The notes under the pieces are model-generated. The model had not been told where the DNA came from. It did no database searches and saw only the letters and a program-made list of their open reading frames with translations. From Deferribacterales bacterium (GTDB lineage Bacteria > Chrysiogenota > Deferribacteres > Deferribacterales > Geovibrionaceae), in contig JBFWJS010000004.1 of assembly GCA_050253075.1 (NCBI GenBank), forward strand, positions 1 to 64,000: a DNA stretch of 64,000 bases. The letters are read 5' to 3'. How positions within the stretch are numbered: position 1 is the first letter of the stretch; each line of letters opens with the position of its first letter. The translations under genes were made by a program, and so were the position numbers. Of this stretch, positions 10,499 through 21,900 are shown one piece after another.

Positions 10499-11737
10499 TT
10501 AAAGCCCCGGAGGCTGAAACTTTATGCAGAGTTCCTTAACCTCTTTGGCTATATTCTCGAGGATTTCGTCACTTTCATAGTTTTCTATCGCTTCGTTTAT
10601 CCACTGCGCTGTCATCTCGACCTCGTTTTCGCAGAAACCTCTGGAGGTCACGGCGGCGAGACCCATTCTGATACCGCTAGGATCGAAAGGCTTTCTGGTG
10701 TCGTAAGGCACGGCGTTGTAGTTCAGCACTATGCCTGCTTTGTCGAGAGCTTTCGCAGCCTGCTTTCCTGTTACACCTTTATTAGTAAGGTCGATGAGGA
10801 GCAGGTGGTTCTCTGTACCGCCTGTCACAAGCTGGAATCCGTATCCGCTGAGGCACTCTGCCATCTTTGCGGCATTTTTGACTATCTGTTCGGCGTATTC
10901 CTTGAACTCCGGCAGCATAGCTTCCTTAAGCGCAACTGCGATGCCCGCCGTAGTATGGTTGTGCGGTCCGCCCTGAATCCCGGGGAAGACTGCCTTGTCT
11001 ATGGCTGCTGCGTGCTGTTCTTTGCAGAGGAGCATACCGCCTCTCGGTCCCCTGAGAGTCTTATGGGTAGTGGTGGAAACAACATCTGCGTAAGGCACCG
11101 GCGATGGGTGTGCACCGCCCGCCACAAGACCTGCGAAGTGAGCCATATCAACGAAGAGTATCGCACCGACCTCATCCGCTATCTCTCTGAACTTTTTAAA
11201 GTCTATCTGGCGGGGATAAGCAGAGTGGCCTGCGATGATCATCTTAGGCTTGTGCTCTATCGCCATATCTCTGATGGTGTCATAGTTCAGCAGTCCTGTC
11301 TCACGGTCGAGCTCGTAGGATACTATATTAAAGTATTTACCCGTGATGCTCACGGGTGAGCCGTGTGTAAGGTGTCCGCCGTGCGGGAGAGCCATGCCGA
11401 GCACAGTCTCGCCCGGTTTAACAAATGCGAGGTATACGGCAAGGTTCGCAGGGGATCCTGAGTATGGCTGAACATTTGCATGCTCCGCACCAAAAAGCTC
11501 CTTTGCACGCTCGATGGCGATGGTCTCTATGGGGTCGATGAACTGCTGACCTTCATAGTATCTCTTGCCGGGGTAGCCTTCGGAGTATTTGTTGGTGAGC
11601 ACATTGCCTGTTGCTTCAAGTACGGCGTGTGACACATAGTTTTCAGATGCGATAAGACGTATCTTGTCTATCTGTCTCTGCTCTTCTTTTTTGATTAGTT
11701 CCGATATCTCAGGATCAAAATTTGAAAGGTATTCCAT
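10499..11737 (-). CDS. glyA: Serine hydroxymethyltransferase
   Basis: [21 protein letters not shown] lysine [13 protein letters not shown]; true ATG at 11737 after AGGAGG (the ORF track extends into the riboswitch). Confidence 0.97.
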   Translation of the reverse strand: MEYLSNFDPEISELIKKEEQRQIDKIRLIASENYVSHAVLEATGNVLTNKYSEGYPGKRYYEGQQFIDPIETIAIERAKELFGAEHANVQPYSGSPANLAVYLAFVKPGETVLGMALPHGGHLTHGSPVSITGKYFNIVSYELDRETGLLNYDTIRDMAIEHKPKMIIAGHSAYPRQIDFKKFREIADEVGAILFVDMAHFAGLVAGGAHPSPVPYADVVSTTTHKTLRGPRGGMLLCKEQHAAAIDKAVFPGIQGGPHNHTTAGIAVALKEAMLPEFKEYAEQIVKNAAKMAECLSGYGFQLVTGGTENHLLLIDLTNKGVTGKQAAKALDKAGIVLNYNAVPYDTRKPFDPSGIRMGLAAVTSRGFCENEVEMTAQWINEAIENYESDEILENIAKEVKELCIKFQPPGL

Positions 11738-11768
11738 ATAAAAGCCTCCTTTTGCCCGGGTGTGAAGC

Positions 11769-11810
11769 AAAAAAAAACGCCCGGCAGTTTCTTTTGAAAC
11801 AGCCCAGACG
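11769..11810 (-). terminator. Riboswitch expression-platform terminator
   Basis: CGTCTGGGCTGTTTC-AAAA-GAAACTGCCGGGCG followed by T9; the 5' arm overlaps the aptamer 3' hairpin. Confidence 0.8.
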
Positions 11811-11876
11811 CACGGCTTAAATATTATCGGCTGCACTCCCCGGAGGTACTCCTCCAAATGCGTCAGTCATGCAGCT
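11800..11876 (-). ncRNA. ZTP (pfl) riboswitch aptamer
   Basis: Minus strand GCTGCATGACTGACG...GGGGAGTGCAGC-linker-GCCGTGCGTCTGGGC matches the pfl consensus; loop CGTC can pair with GACG (pseudoknot); lies upstream of glyA. Confidence 0.9.
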
Positions 11877-12003
11877 AAGTAGAAAATAATAAACTTCGGC
11901 CAACTTGTCAAAGGTTTATTTGATGTTCAAAAATTATGCAATTTTTTTATCAAATCAATTAGTCTTTGTTGATTATTTTTTAACCATAATATATATTCGA
12001 AAT

Positions 12004-13398
12004 ATGAGAAAAATACGAGTTCTAGCCGTCGACGACGAAGAAAACATCCTATGGATACTGAAAGAAGGGCTTTCTGATGAGAAGATAGACGTTCTCACCA
12101 CCACAGACCCTGCAACAGCGGAAAACTATCTGGCAAAGGGAGTGGACATCTGCCTTGTGGATATTTTTCTGGGAGAGCACAACGGTATCGCTCTCACCGA
12201 GCGCTGGTGTCCGCTGTTTAAGGACACACACTTCATTATAATGACCGCTCAGGATACAGGCTCAAACGTTATCGAGTCTATCAAATCAGGCGCAAAGGAC
12301 TTCTTTCCTAAGCCTTTCGACCTTGCCGAGCTGAAGAATAAGGTCATATCGCTCTGCGGAAACATACAGCAGACATCCGTCGTAGACAGCAAAGAATACG
12401 ACTTTGAAACTAAAAACAAAAAGATGCTGGAGATATACAAGCTGATAGGCAAGATCTCCAAAACAAATATCAACGTACTCATACTGGGTGAATCGGGAAC
12501 GGGTAAAGAGGTCATCGCAAGGATGATACACAAGCAGTCCGCAAGGGCGGAGCGTCCGTTCATCCCTATAAACATGGCTGCCATCCCCAACGAACTGCTC
12601 GAAAGTGAGCTCTTCGGACATGAGAAAGGCTCCTTCACAGGCGCTATCGGGGACAAAAAGGGTAAATTCGAAGAAGCAAACCACGGCACTATCTTCCTCG
12701 ACGAGATATCCGAAATGGATCTCGGACTGCAGTCAAAGCTGCTCCGTGTCATTCAGGAAAAGGAAGTCACAAGGATAGGCTCGAGCAAAACCCTTAAGCT
12801 CGACACCCGTATCATCGCAGCATCAAACAGAAACCTCGAGGAGCTCGTCTCCACGGGTAAATTCACGGAAGACCTATACTATCGACTTAACGTGGTCTCC
12901 ATCGAGCTGCCACCCCTCTACGAGAGGAAAGAGGACACCGCATACCTCACAAACCACTTCCTGCATAAGCACAAATCCATAAAGGACAAGGTGCTGACAT
13001 GCAGCGAGGAAGCTCTGGACATACTGACGGCATACCGCTGGCCGGGGAACATCCGAGAGCTGGAAAACACTATTCAATACGCCATCGTAAATGCAGAAAC
13101 AGACGTTATAAAGATGGAAAACCTGCCGCCGAAGATATTCGAACAGTCTCACGGTTCAGGCAAATCGAGCACATCCCACGACCTTTATAAACTGGCTCTG
13201 GATATCATAGAATCCGAAATACTCTCCGAAGGGAACAACGCCTATGAGGAGTTTATGAAGATAGTGGAATACCCCATTATTAAAGCCGTATTGGACAAGA
13301 CAGGCAACAACAAGTCCGTATCTGCAAAGATACTGGGCATAAACAGGAACACCTTCCGTAAAAAGGTAAGGGAACACGGCTTTGAGCAAGATTCTTAG
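12004..13398 (+). CDS. NtrC-like sigma54-dependent response regulator
   Basis: REC, GESGTGKE, GSFTGA, WPGNIREL, HTH LGINRNT; start placed at ATG 12004. Confidence 0.88.
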   Translation: MRKIRVLAVDDEENILWILKEGLSDEKIDVLTTTDPATAENYLAKGVDICLVDIFLGEHNGIALTERWCPLFKDTHFIIMTAQDTGSNVIESIKSGAKDFFPKPFDLAELKNKVISLCGNIQQTSVVDSKEYDFETKNKKMLEIYKLIGKISKTNINVLILGESGTGKEVIARMIHKQSARAERPFIPINMAAIPNELLESELFGHEKGSFTGAIGDKKGKFEEANHGTIFLDEISEMDLGLQSKLLRVIQEKEVTRIGSSKTLKLDTRIIAASNRNLEELVSTGKFTEDLYYRLNVVSIELPPLYERKEDTAYLTNHFLHKHKSIKDKVLTCSEEALDILTAYRWPGNIRELENTIQYAIVNAETDVIKMENLPPKIFEQSHGSGKSSTSHDLYKLALDIIESEILSEGNNAYEEFMKIVEYPIIKAVLDKTGNNKSVSAKILGINRNTFRKKVREHGFEQDS

Positions 13399-15430
13399 AC
13401 TACTTAAAAAAAGTAGAAATCCTATAACATTTAAACAGCTTCTGACACAGTCGGGCATGGATGCGAAATCTCTGAAAAGAGAGCTTCGTGACCTTATCCG
13501 TGCGGGCAAAGCAGAGAAATACCGCAACGGCACATACGTGTCGAAATCCACCCCTCAGCACATAGAGGGTAAAATAGATATGCACCCCGACGGATACGGA
13601 TTCCTCTCCCACGGCGGAGAGGGGCGTGATATCTTCATCCCGAAAAACAAGATGAACGGAGCCATGCACGGCGACAAAGTGCGCATAGTGCCCGAGACAT
13701 TCCGCGGAAAGCAGGAAGGACGCATAGTTGACATCATCGAGCGTTCATCACAGCTTGTCGTCGGCAGGGTCGAAAACCTCGCAGGCATCATCCGTGTCGT
13801 CCCCATGACCCGAAAGATAAACACATACATTTATATGTCTTCCAATAAAGAGCAGTACGAAAACGACACAATAGTACTGGTCGAGATAACCACCTTCCCT
13901 TCCGAACGCTCCGCAGCGAGAGGACACGTCGTAAAGGTTATCGGAAACATAAATGACCCCCGCATAGAAGACGAAATAGTGCTGAACAGGTACAACATTG
14001 ACAAGGTCTACCCCGCAGAGGTGGAGGAATATGTCAATACAACATCGAAAGAGCTGATGGCACACCCGGGAGCCAGAACCGACTTCCGCAAGCTGACCAC
14101 CGTCACCATCGACGGCGAAACAGCGAAAGACTTCGACGATGCTATATCCATAGAGGTTTCTGAAAATGAGTACCACCTCTATGTACACATCGCAGACGTC
14201 AGCCATTTCGTTCAGCCCGGCACCCCCGTAGACAGAGAGGCATATCGCAGGGGAACCAGCTTTTACTTCCCCGAGTTTGCCGTACCGATGCTGCCGGAGA
14301 GCCTTTCAAACGGACTGTGCAGTCTGCGCCCGAATGAGGACAGGCTAGCCATGACAGCAAAGATAACCTATACAAAGGACGGTCAGAGGAAGAAATCACA
14401 CTTTTACCGCTCGATAATAAACAGTGACCGCAGGCTCACATATAACTATGTGCAGGACGTATTGGAAAAAAGAGTGAAGGAAACGGACAAAGATATCCTC
14501 TCACTGCTGACCACATCCGAAGTGCTGGCGGGCAAGATAATGAAACGGAGAGAAAAGGCGGGGATGCTCGACTTTGATTTCCCCGAGACAGTTTTCAAAC
14601 TCGCAGACGACGGAGAGGTTCTCGAGATACTCCCCGCAGAGAGACACATTTCCCACCGCATCATCGAGCACTTCATGATAGAAGCCAATGAGGCAGTGAG
14701 CGAATTCCTCGAAAAACATACGAAGAAATCCGTCTACAGGATACACGACAAGCCCGACCCTATGAAGCTGAAAGACTTCGCAGGGCTGGCGGAGACCTTC
14801 GGCGTTATTGTCACCGTAAGGGACGTGACACCGAAAGACGTGAAAAAGATAAACGAAAAAGTGAACGAATCCGAATATGCCGACATACTCGGCTCTGCCC
14901 TGGTGCGCACAATGGCAAAGGCAGAGTACAACACGAACAACATCGGACACTTCGGACTGGCATCCACATCATACACGCATTTCACCAGCCCCATCAGGCG
15001 ATACCCCGACCTTATGGTTCACCGTCTGCTGGGCAACACGCTCTTCGGAGCAGAATACCACTCCGAGACAGGACTCGACGAGGCATGCCAGCTATCCACC
15101 GAGAACGAACAGCGTGCGGAAAATGCAGAACGTGACATACAGAAATTTAAAAAGCTGAAATACCTCGGCAAGCATATGGACGAACCTTACGGAGCCGTCA
15201 TTATGTCCGTTGGGGCTTTCGGTCTGAATATTTATATCGAGTCTCTGATGCTGAAGGGCACGGTCCCTCTGGAGTCTATCCCGGGCGACATATACCAGTT
15301 CTTTAAAAAGGAACAGATGGTACGCGGGCGAACTACCGGCAAGATGTACAGGGCAGCAGACACCATGGAAGTGATGGCTGAAAGGATCGATATAGATATG
15401 CAGGAAGCATTCTTTTATCCTGCCAAATAA
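13382..15430 (+). CDS. rnr: Ribonuclease R
   Basis: HPDGYGF, TIDGETAKDFDDA, YTHFTSPIRRYPDL, S1 domain; TTG start overlapping the upstream gene. Confidence 0.92.
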   Translation: MSKILRLLKKSRNPITFKQLLTQSGMDAKSLKRELRDLIRAGKAEKYRNGTYVSKSTPQHIEGKIDMHPDGYGFLSHGGEGRDIFIPKNKMNGAMHGDKVRIVPETFRGKQEGRIVDIIERSSQLVVGRVENLAGIIRVVPMTRKINTYIYMSSNKEQYENDTIVLVEITTFPSERSAARGHVVKVIGNINDPRIEDEIVLNRYNIDKVYPAEVEEYVNTTSKELMAHPGARTDFRKLTTVTIDGETAKDFDDAISIEVSENEYHLYVHIADVSHFVQPGTPVDREAYRRGTSFYFPEFAVPMLPESLSNGLCSLRPNEDRLAMTAKITYTKDGQRKKSHFYRSIINSDRRLTYNYVQDVLEKRVKETDKDILSLLTTSEVLAGKIMKRREKAGMLDFDFPETVFKLADDGEVLEILPAERHISHRIIEHFMIEANEAVSEFLEKHTKKSVYRIHDKPDPMKLKDFAGLAETFGVIVTVRDVTPKDVKKINEKVNESEYADILGSALVRTMAKAEYNTNNIGHFGLASTSYTHFTSPIRRYPDLMVHRLLGNTLFGAEYHSETGLDEACQLSTENEQRAENAERDIQKFKKLKYLGKHMDEPYGAVIMSVGAFGLNIYIESLMLKGTVPLESIPGDIYQFFKKEQMVRGRTTGKMYRAADTMEVMAERIDIDMQEAFFYPAK

Positions 15431-15495
15431 TTACTGACTTGATAATACTATGCATACTAGTTATAATTTATTAGTTTATTCCATATGGATGTGCG

Positions 15496-17922
15496 ATGCT
15501 AACTAAACTCTTCAACGAAAAGAACGTCGGACGTATAAGCTTGATCAACATGGTCGCCATAATATTGGTGCTCACCCTTGCGATGATAGCATTGATAGTG
15601 CGCCAGACCAATTCAGAGTTTGAGAGTGAAAGAGCGCAGCTTGTTAAGAGCTTTATCGAAGATAAGAAATCGGGGCTTAAATCCGAGATAGACCGACTGC
15701 TAGACTTCGCTAAGTTCAACACCATCCAGACCAGAAACAGCGTAAAAGTCATCATGAAAGACAGAGTAAATGAAGCTGTGCAGATGACTCAGGATTATCA
15801 CAACGAGCTGAAAAAAGACTTCCCCCATACCAAAGTCGACGAACATCTTATAAAATTCTTCAGCCTTTACAGCTGGAACGACGGCAAAGGCTACCTCTAT
15901 GTCATAGACCGCAACGGAAACGTGGTATACCACCCGAAGTATAAGCAGGGGACAAACCTGCTTAAGCTGAAGACTCCGTTCGGCACTATGCCTATACAGA
16001 CAGAGATACTCACCGCATTTGAAAGCGGCGGCGGATATGTTGAAAACATGATGCCTGTTGCTCCAGGCTCGACAGAATTCATACAGCGCATCGGCTACGT
16101 TAAGCCTGCGGGCATACACGACTGGTACATAGGAAGCTCCTTCGACGAACACATCATCTCCGAGATGATACAGGAGAAGGTGACGGCACGTATCGACGGC
16201 GTAAACTTTGACAATGACGGACATTATTTCATCTTCACCACCGACGGCAAAGGGGTCCGAATGCCGGGCAACCGCTCACTCGAGGGTGAAAACGTAACAG
16301 AGATAACAGACAACAGCGGTGTCCCATATTATAAAAACCTGCTCTCATATGCCCTGCAGAAGAATGACCTTTTCGTCTTTCACAAGCAGAAATACGTAGA
16401 CTGGGAAAAGACCACACAGGTCATATCCTACTGCCGTATATATGAGCCGTGGAACTGGCTCATGTGCGGAAGCGTCTCCATGAGCAACCTTACCCCGCTA
16501 ATCACAGCAAAGAACGACGCATTGAAAAAGCGACTCTCAGACAACAAACAGTACGCATTTGTACTGTTCATGATAGCAGCCGTTATAGCTGCGGGGGTTT
16601 CATACCTCTTCTCGGGAAACATTCAGAAGATATTCTCCAGATATAAGACAGACATCGAGAACCGTAACAGAGAGCTCGAAGAGCTGAACATAGAGCTGAC
16701 AAACCAGCTCTACACAGACCACCTGACAGGACTGCCGAACAGAAACAAGCTGATAAACGACCTCAATACTGTCGAGCATCCTGTGCTTATCCTGCTGAAT
16801 ATCGACTCGTTTAAAAAGATAAACGAGACATACGGATTCATCATCGGCGACTTTGTACTCATCGACGTCGGCGAGCGCATCGCATCATTCGAATGTAAAT
16901 ACGAGCTGAAGACATATAAGTTCCACGGTAACGAATACGCCATACTGCTCGACGAGCAGATAAGCAGCAAAGACCTGAAAACACTGCTCCACGAGCTGAC
17001 TGACTTCCTCGATTTCAACGCTAAGTACGAAGAGCTTGAGATAGAGATAGACATCTCCGTAACTGCTGGCGTATCCGCCGAGAAGGGCAACATATTTGAA
17101 AAAGCGGGCATGGCTCTCCGTCATGCCGATAAGAAGAAACAGCAGTACGCTATCTACGACAGCACGATAGACATAGTGGACGAATACGAGAACGACATCC
17201 GCTGGACAAAGATAGTGAAGCGTGCGCTGAACGAAAACGCTCTTATGCCTTACTTCCAGCCTATCGCGAACTCACGCACGGGCGAAGTGGAGAAATTCGA
17301 GTGTCTGCTCAGACTTATAGATAATGACGAGGTCATCACACCGTTCCAGTTCCTCGACATCATCAAAAAGACAAAGCTGTATCAGCACATCACAAAGAGG
17401 ATAATCACAAAATCCTTCGAGATGTTCACCAGCAACGACTATATGTTCTCCATAAACCTCTCTATCGAGGACATCATGGATGAATCCACATCTAAGTTCA
17501 TCCTCGAGCTGCTGAAGACAAGCGGCATCGCTAACAGAGTTATCTTCGAACTGCTTGAATCAGAAGGTATAGAGAGCTTTGAAGTGGTGAACGACTTTAT
17601 CAAAGAGATCAAAAAGACAGGTGCTATGGTCGCCATCGACGACTTTGGTTCCGGTTATTCGAACTTTGTCTACCTCTCTGAGCTGCAGGTGGACATTATC
17701 AAAATAGACGGCTCGCTCATCAAGAATATCGACAAGGATACTCAGGCGCAGATCATCGTGGGAACTATCATTAAGTTCGCCAACCAGCTGAATATCAAGA
17801 CTGTCGCTGAGTTTGTACACTCCGAAAGTGTTAAGCAGAAGGTCATCGAGATGGGCATCGACTATATTCAGGGCTACCACATAGGCAAGCCTATAGCCGA
17901 CATTCAGGACTATATCATTTAA
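15496..17922 (+). CDS. Membrane Cache-domain c-di-GMP phosphodiesterase (degenerate GGDEF + EAL)
   Basis: Two TM helices flanking tandem Cache domains; DHLTGLPNR; GGDEF site reads HGNEY; EAL domain ECLLR, DDFGSGYS, QGY. Confidence 0.88.
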   Translation: MLTKLFNEKNVGRISLINMVAIILVLTLAMIALIVRQTNSEFESERAQLVKSFIEDKKSGLKSEIDRLLDFAKFNTIQTRNSVKVIMKDRVNEAVQMTQDYHNELKKDFPHTKVDEHLIKFFSLYSWNDGKGYLYVIDRNGNVVYHPKYKQGTNLLKLKTPFGTMPIQTEILTAFESGGGYVENMMPVAPGSTEFIQRIGYVKPAGIHDWYIGSSFDEHIISEMIQEKVTARIDGVNFDNDGHYFIFTTDGKGVRMPGNRSLEGENVTEITDNSGVPYYKNLLSYALQKNDLFVFHKQKYVDWEKTTQVISYCRIYEPWNWLMCGSVSMSNLTPLITAKNDALKKRLSDNKQYAFVLFMIAAVIAAGVSYLFSGNIQKIFSRYKTDIENRNRELEELNIELTNQLYTDHLTGLPNRNKLINDLNTVEHPVLILLNIDSFKKINETYGFIIGDFVLIDVGERIASFECKYELKTYKFHGNEYAILLDEQISSKDLKTLLHELTDFLDFNAKYEELEIEIDISVTAGVSAEKGNIFEKAGMALRHADKKKQQYAIYDSTIDIVDEYENDIRWTKIVKRALNENALMPYFQPIANSRTGEVEKFECLLRLIDNDEVITPFQFLDIIKKTKLYQHITKRIITKSFEMFTSNDYMFSINLSIEDIMDESTSKFILELLKTSGIANRVIFELLESEGIESFEVVNDFIKEIKKTGAMVAIDDFGSGYSNFVYLSELQVDIIKIDGSLIKNIDKDTQAQIIVGTIIKFANQLNIKTVAEFVHSESVKQKVIEMGIDYIQGYHIGKPIADIQDYII

Positions 17923-18509
17923 TAATTAAAGACCTCTGTACCCTCAGGTATTGCAGGAGAAAAGACAGATTCGGGTATCATTGCGTCCCGTTTAATATTC
18001 TTAAACTCGATGCGTGTGTTATTACCGCTCTGGTCTTTTGTCTTTATGCCGTGCACCATTCCGTTTTTGATGACGAATATAATGGTCTCTATGCCGAGGT
18101 CAGCCTTTGGAGCAAGTGTTAGCTCGTCACCCGAGAGTGTAAGGGCGAAGTCTGTCTCTATATCCGCAGGGTTCAGCATAAGACGCATAAAGACGTTTGT
18201 GGCAGGGTTAAGCGCCTGTACTATCATCTGTCTTGTGTCGCTGTCATAGTATTTCATTGTTGTTTTATCAAACAGATAGAATTGTCTGTACGGCTTGTCG
18301 TAGTCCCACAGGGCATTATCGCCGGCTTTGATATACAGCTTTCCCGAGTAGATATCCTCGCCGAATCCCTCTATCTCTGTAGCCTGAGTGAAATCAGCGG
18401 TAAAACTCTTCACCTGTTTCAGGCTGTCCACCACCTGCTGTGTGGTCTGAGCATAGGAAACGAGTGCCGTAAGCATTAATACTATGTATGTGATGAGCAG
18501 TTTCTTCAA
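17919..18509 (-). CDS. lolA: Outer-membrane lipoprotein carrier LolA-like protein
   Basis: Signal peptide, SFTADFTQ, WDYDKPY; TTG start after GAGGTG. Confidence 0.75.
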   Translation of the reverse strand: MKKLLITYIVLMLTALVSYAQTTQQVVDSLKQVKSFTADFTQATEIEGFGEDIYSGKLYIKAGDNALWDYDKPYRQFYLFDKTTMKYYDSDTRQMIVQALNPATNVFMRLMLNPADIETDFALTLSGDELTLAPKADLGIETIIFVIKNGMVHGIKTKDQSGNNTRIEFKNIKRDAMIPESVFSPAIPEGTEVFNY

Positions 18510-18826
18510 TTTAACACCTCTGAGAATCAATGAATTCCAAATATATACTTTATACAGACAGGTGTAAAGAGACATAGTTCAGAATAGACAATGACCAATA
18601 CCTATACCTTGCAAGCCTTTATCAAAGGCAACTTTGAAAAGATTTAACTAAATAATGCGTGATATTTCCAATACATTATTTGATTTATCTATCGATATGA
18701 CTGATTTTATATGAATTTAACAATTAGGTTAAAATTATATTTTTTTAATCAATCAAAAACCGTTATATAACAAGGCTTCAAGCATTAACATCCACTTAAC
18801 CCCTATAAACAAAGGATTCAAGCCTA

Positions 18827-18855
18827 TTGACAAAATATATATTAAATTATATCAT
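18827..18855 (+). promoter_or_regulatory. Sigma70-type promoter of pyc
   Basis: TTGACA-17 nt-TATCAT. Confidence 0.7.
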
Positions 18856-18906
18856 CTCGAATAAATACAAAGGTATTCAATAATAATATGCTTTTTTGGA
18901 GTACAT

Positions 18907-21900
18907 ATGAGAATTAAGAAATTGATGTCAGCCAACAGAGGCGAGATAGCAATCCGTACTTTCAGAGCCTGCACAGAGATGGGCATCCGAACAGTGGCAC
19001 TTTACTCAGACGAAGATAAATATTCACTCCACAGATATAAAGCCGATGAAGCATACCTCATCGGGAAAGGTCTCGACCCTGTGGCAGCATATATGAACAT
19101 AGATGAAATCATACAGCTTGCCGTTAAGAAGAAGGTCGACGCCATCCACCCGGGATACGGCTTCCTCGCTGAAAACGCTCAATTCGCAAAGGCTTGTCAG
19201 GATGCGGGTATCATTTTCGTCGGTCCTACATCTGAAACCATTAATATGTTCGGCGATAAAAAGAACGCTAAAGAACTCGCCAAAACCTGCGGAGTGCCTG
19301 TTATCGGCGGTTCTGAAGGCATCGTAAGCACTACCGAAGAAGCAATGGCAATATCCGAATCCATAGGCTACCCGGTACTCATCAAAGCAGTAGCGGGCGG
19401 CGGCGGACGAGGGATACGCGTAGCAAAAGATAAGAAAGAGCTCCTCGACAACTACGACTCTGCCAAGAGCGAAGCGCTGAAAGCATTCGGCAACGGGGAC
19501 ATCATAATAGAAAAATACATCGAAGAACCGAAGCACGTCGAAGTGCAGCTACTCGGTGACAAGCACGGGAACCTCGTGCACCTCTATGAAAGAGACTGCT
19601 CCATCCAGCGCCGTCATCAGAAGCTCATAGAGATAGCTCCTTCAATCAGCGTGGCAACAGACACACTGAACAAGATGTACGACTCCGCCATCAGCATAGG
19701 AAAGAAATCTAACCTGCAGAACGCTGCTACGGTTGAGTTCCTCGTTGATAAGAATCAGGAGTTTTACTTCCTCGAGGTAAACCCGAGACTTCAGGTAGAG
19801 CACACAATATCCGAGCTGATCACAGGGATAGATATCGTGCAGGCTCAGATACTTATAGCTCAGGGCGAAAGACTCGACTCGCCCGATATCGACATTAAAT
19901 CACAGGAAAGCGTACGTAAGAACGGATACGCTATCCAGTGCCGTGTAACAACGGAAGACCCTGAAAACAACTTTTTCCCTGATACGGGAGAAATTGAGGC
20001 ATATAGAATTGCCACGGGGTTCGGTGTGCGGTTGGATGCCGGAAATGGTTTTGCAAACGCCAAAATTTCGCCTCACTATGACTCCCTCTTGGTGAAGGTG
20101 TCCACCCACGCCCACTCCTTTTATCAGTCTGCCCGTAAGATGCAGCGTGCTCTCAGCGAGTTCCGCATCAGAGGGGTGAAGACAAACATCCAGTTCCTTG
20201 AGAAGGTCGTCTCCCACGATAAATTCCTCGCAGGGGAGATAACAACCACATTTGTAGATACAAACAAGGATCTGTGCGTATTTAAGCAGCGTCAGGACAG
20301 GGCTTCAAAAGCTCTCAAATTCCTCGCAAATAACATAGTAAACAACCCGTCAGGCTCAAGGCTGAATGACAACATAATCCTCCCGAACATCAATCCGCCT
20401 GTAGTTCCATACGGACAGCAGGTCCCCACAGGCACAAAAGATATATTGAACAGACAGGGTGTCGAAGGCGTGATGGATTACCTCCGTCACAATAAAGAGG
20501 CACTCTTTACAGATACCACATTCAGAGACGCGCATCAGTCTCTCCTCGCAACACGCATGCGCTCCAAAGACATGCTAGACGTAGCGGAATACTACGCACA
20601 GAACCTCAGCGGGCTTTTCTCTATGGAGATGTGGGGTGGAGCAACATTCGACGTTGCATACAGATTCCTCAAGGAATCCCCGTGGGACAGAATGGCGAAA
20701 CTTCGTGAGAAAGTGCCTAACATCCTTTTCCAGATGCTCCTGCGTGCATCGAACGCCGTGGGATATACAAACTATCCCGACAACGTGGTTAAAGAGTTCA
20801 TCAAGCTCGCCAGCGAGCACGGCATGGACATCTTCCGTATTTTCGACTGTTTCAACTGGGTAGACCAGATGATCCCCGCAATAGAAGAAGTGAAAAAGAA
20901 CGGACGCATAGCCGAAGCTGCGATATGCTACACAGGCGACATCACAGACCCGAGACGCACTAAGTATTCTCTGAAATACTACACAGGGCTCGCCAAAGAG
21001 CTGGCAGAAGCAGGCACAGACATCATAGGCATCAAAGATATGGCAGGTCTGCTGAAACCATACGCAGCAAAAACGCTCATCAAAGCGATCAAGGAAGAGA
21101 CAGGACTTCCCGTACACTTCCACACACATAACACAAGCGGTAACGCAGAAGCAGCAGCCCTCATGGCTTTCGAAGCGGGTGCAGACATCATCGATGCAGC
21201 CGTCAGCTCTATGTCAGGACTGACATCTCAGCCAAACATGAACTCCATAGCAGCGGCCCTCGAAGGACAGGAAAAACATTCCAAGCTGGACACAAAAGCC
21301 ATGCAGAACGTATCAGACTATTTCGACAGAGTGCGCAGATACTACTTCCCGTTTGAAAGCGGTATGAAGGCATCCAGCGCAGAAGTATATATGCACGAGA
21401 TCCCCGGCGGACAGTACTCAAACCTCATCGTACAGGTTGAGGCTATGGGGCTGATCGACAGGTGGGAGGAAGTGCGCCTTATGTATGCCGACGTAAACCG
21501 CGAGCTCGGCGACATTATCAAGGTCACACCTTCATCTAAAGTAGTGGGCGACCTCGCCCTATTCCTTGTGCGAAACAACCTGAAGGTTGAGGATATCTAT
21601 GAAAAAGGCGAAACGCTCAACTTCCCTGACTCTGTCGTATCATTCTTTCAGGGTATGCTGGGACAGCCTTACGGCGGTTTCCCTAAGCGACTTCAGGAGA
21701 TCGTGCTCAAGGGTGAAAAGCCTCTGGACGGACGTCCCGGAGAGCTTCTCACAGATTTCGACTTTGCCGCTGCAGCCAAAGAGCTGAAAGACCAGTTCGG
21801 CAGAGAGTTTTCACCTACAGAGATAATCTCTTATGCGCTCTATCCTGCAGTGTTTAAAGATTACATCAAGTTTAATAACGAATACGGCGATCCTTCCGTC

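Noticed and set aside
11738..11857. N-terminal extension of GlyA in the ORF track
   Set aside because: It is the riboswitch leader; the RBS precedes ATG 11737
8619..11978. Identical CTTTGTTGATTATTT upstream of cheV and of the NtrC-like gene
   Set aside because: Low-complexity AT-rich match containing a -35-like TTGATT; not enough support for a shared operator
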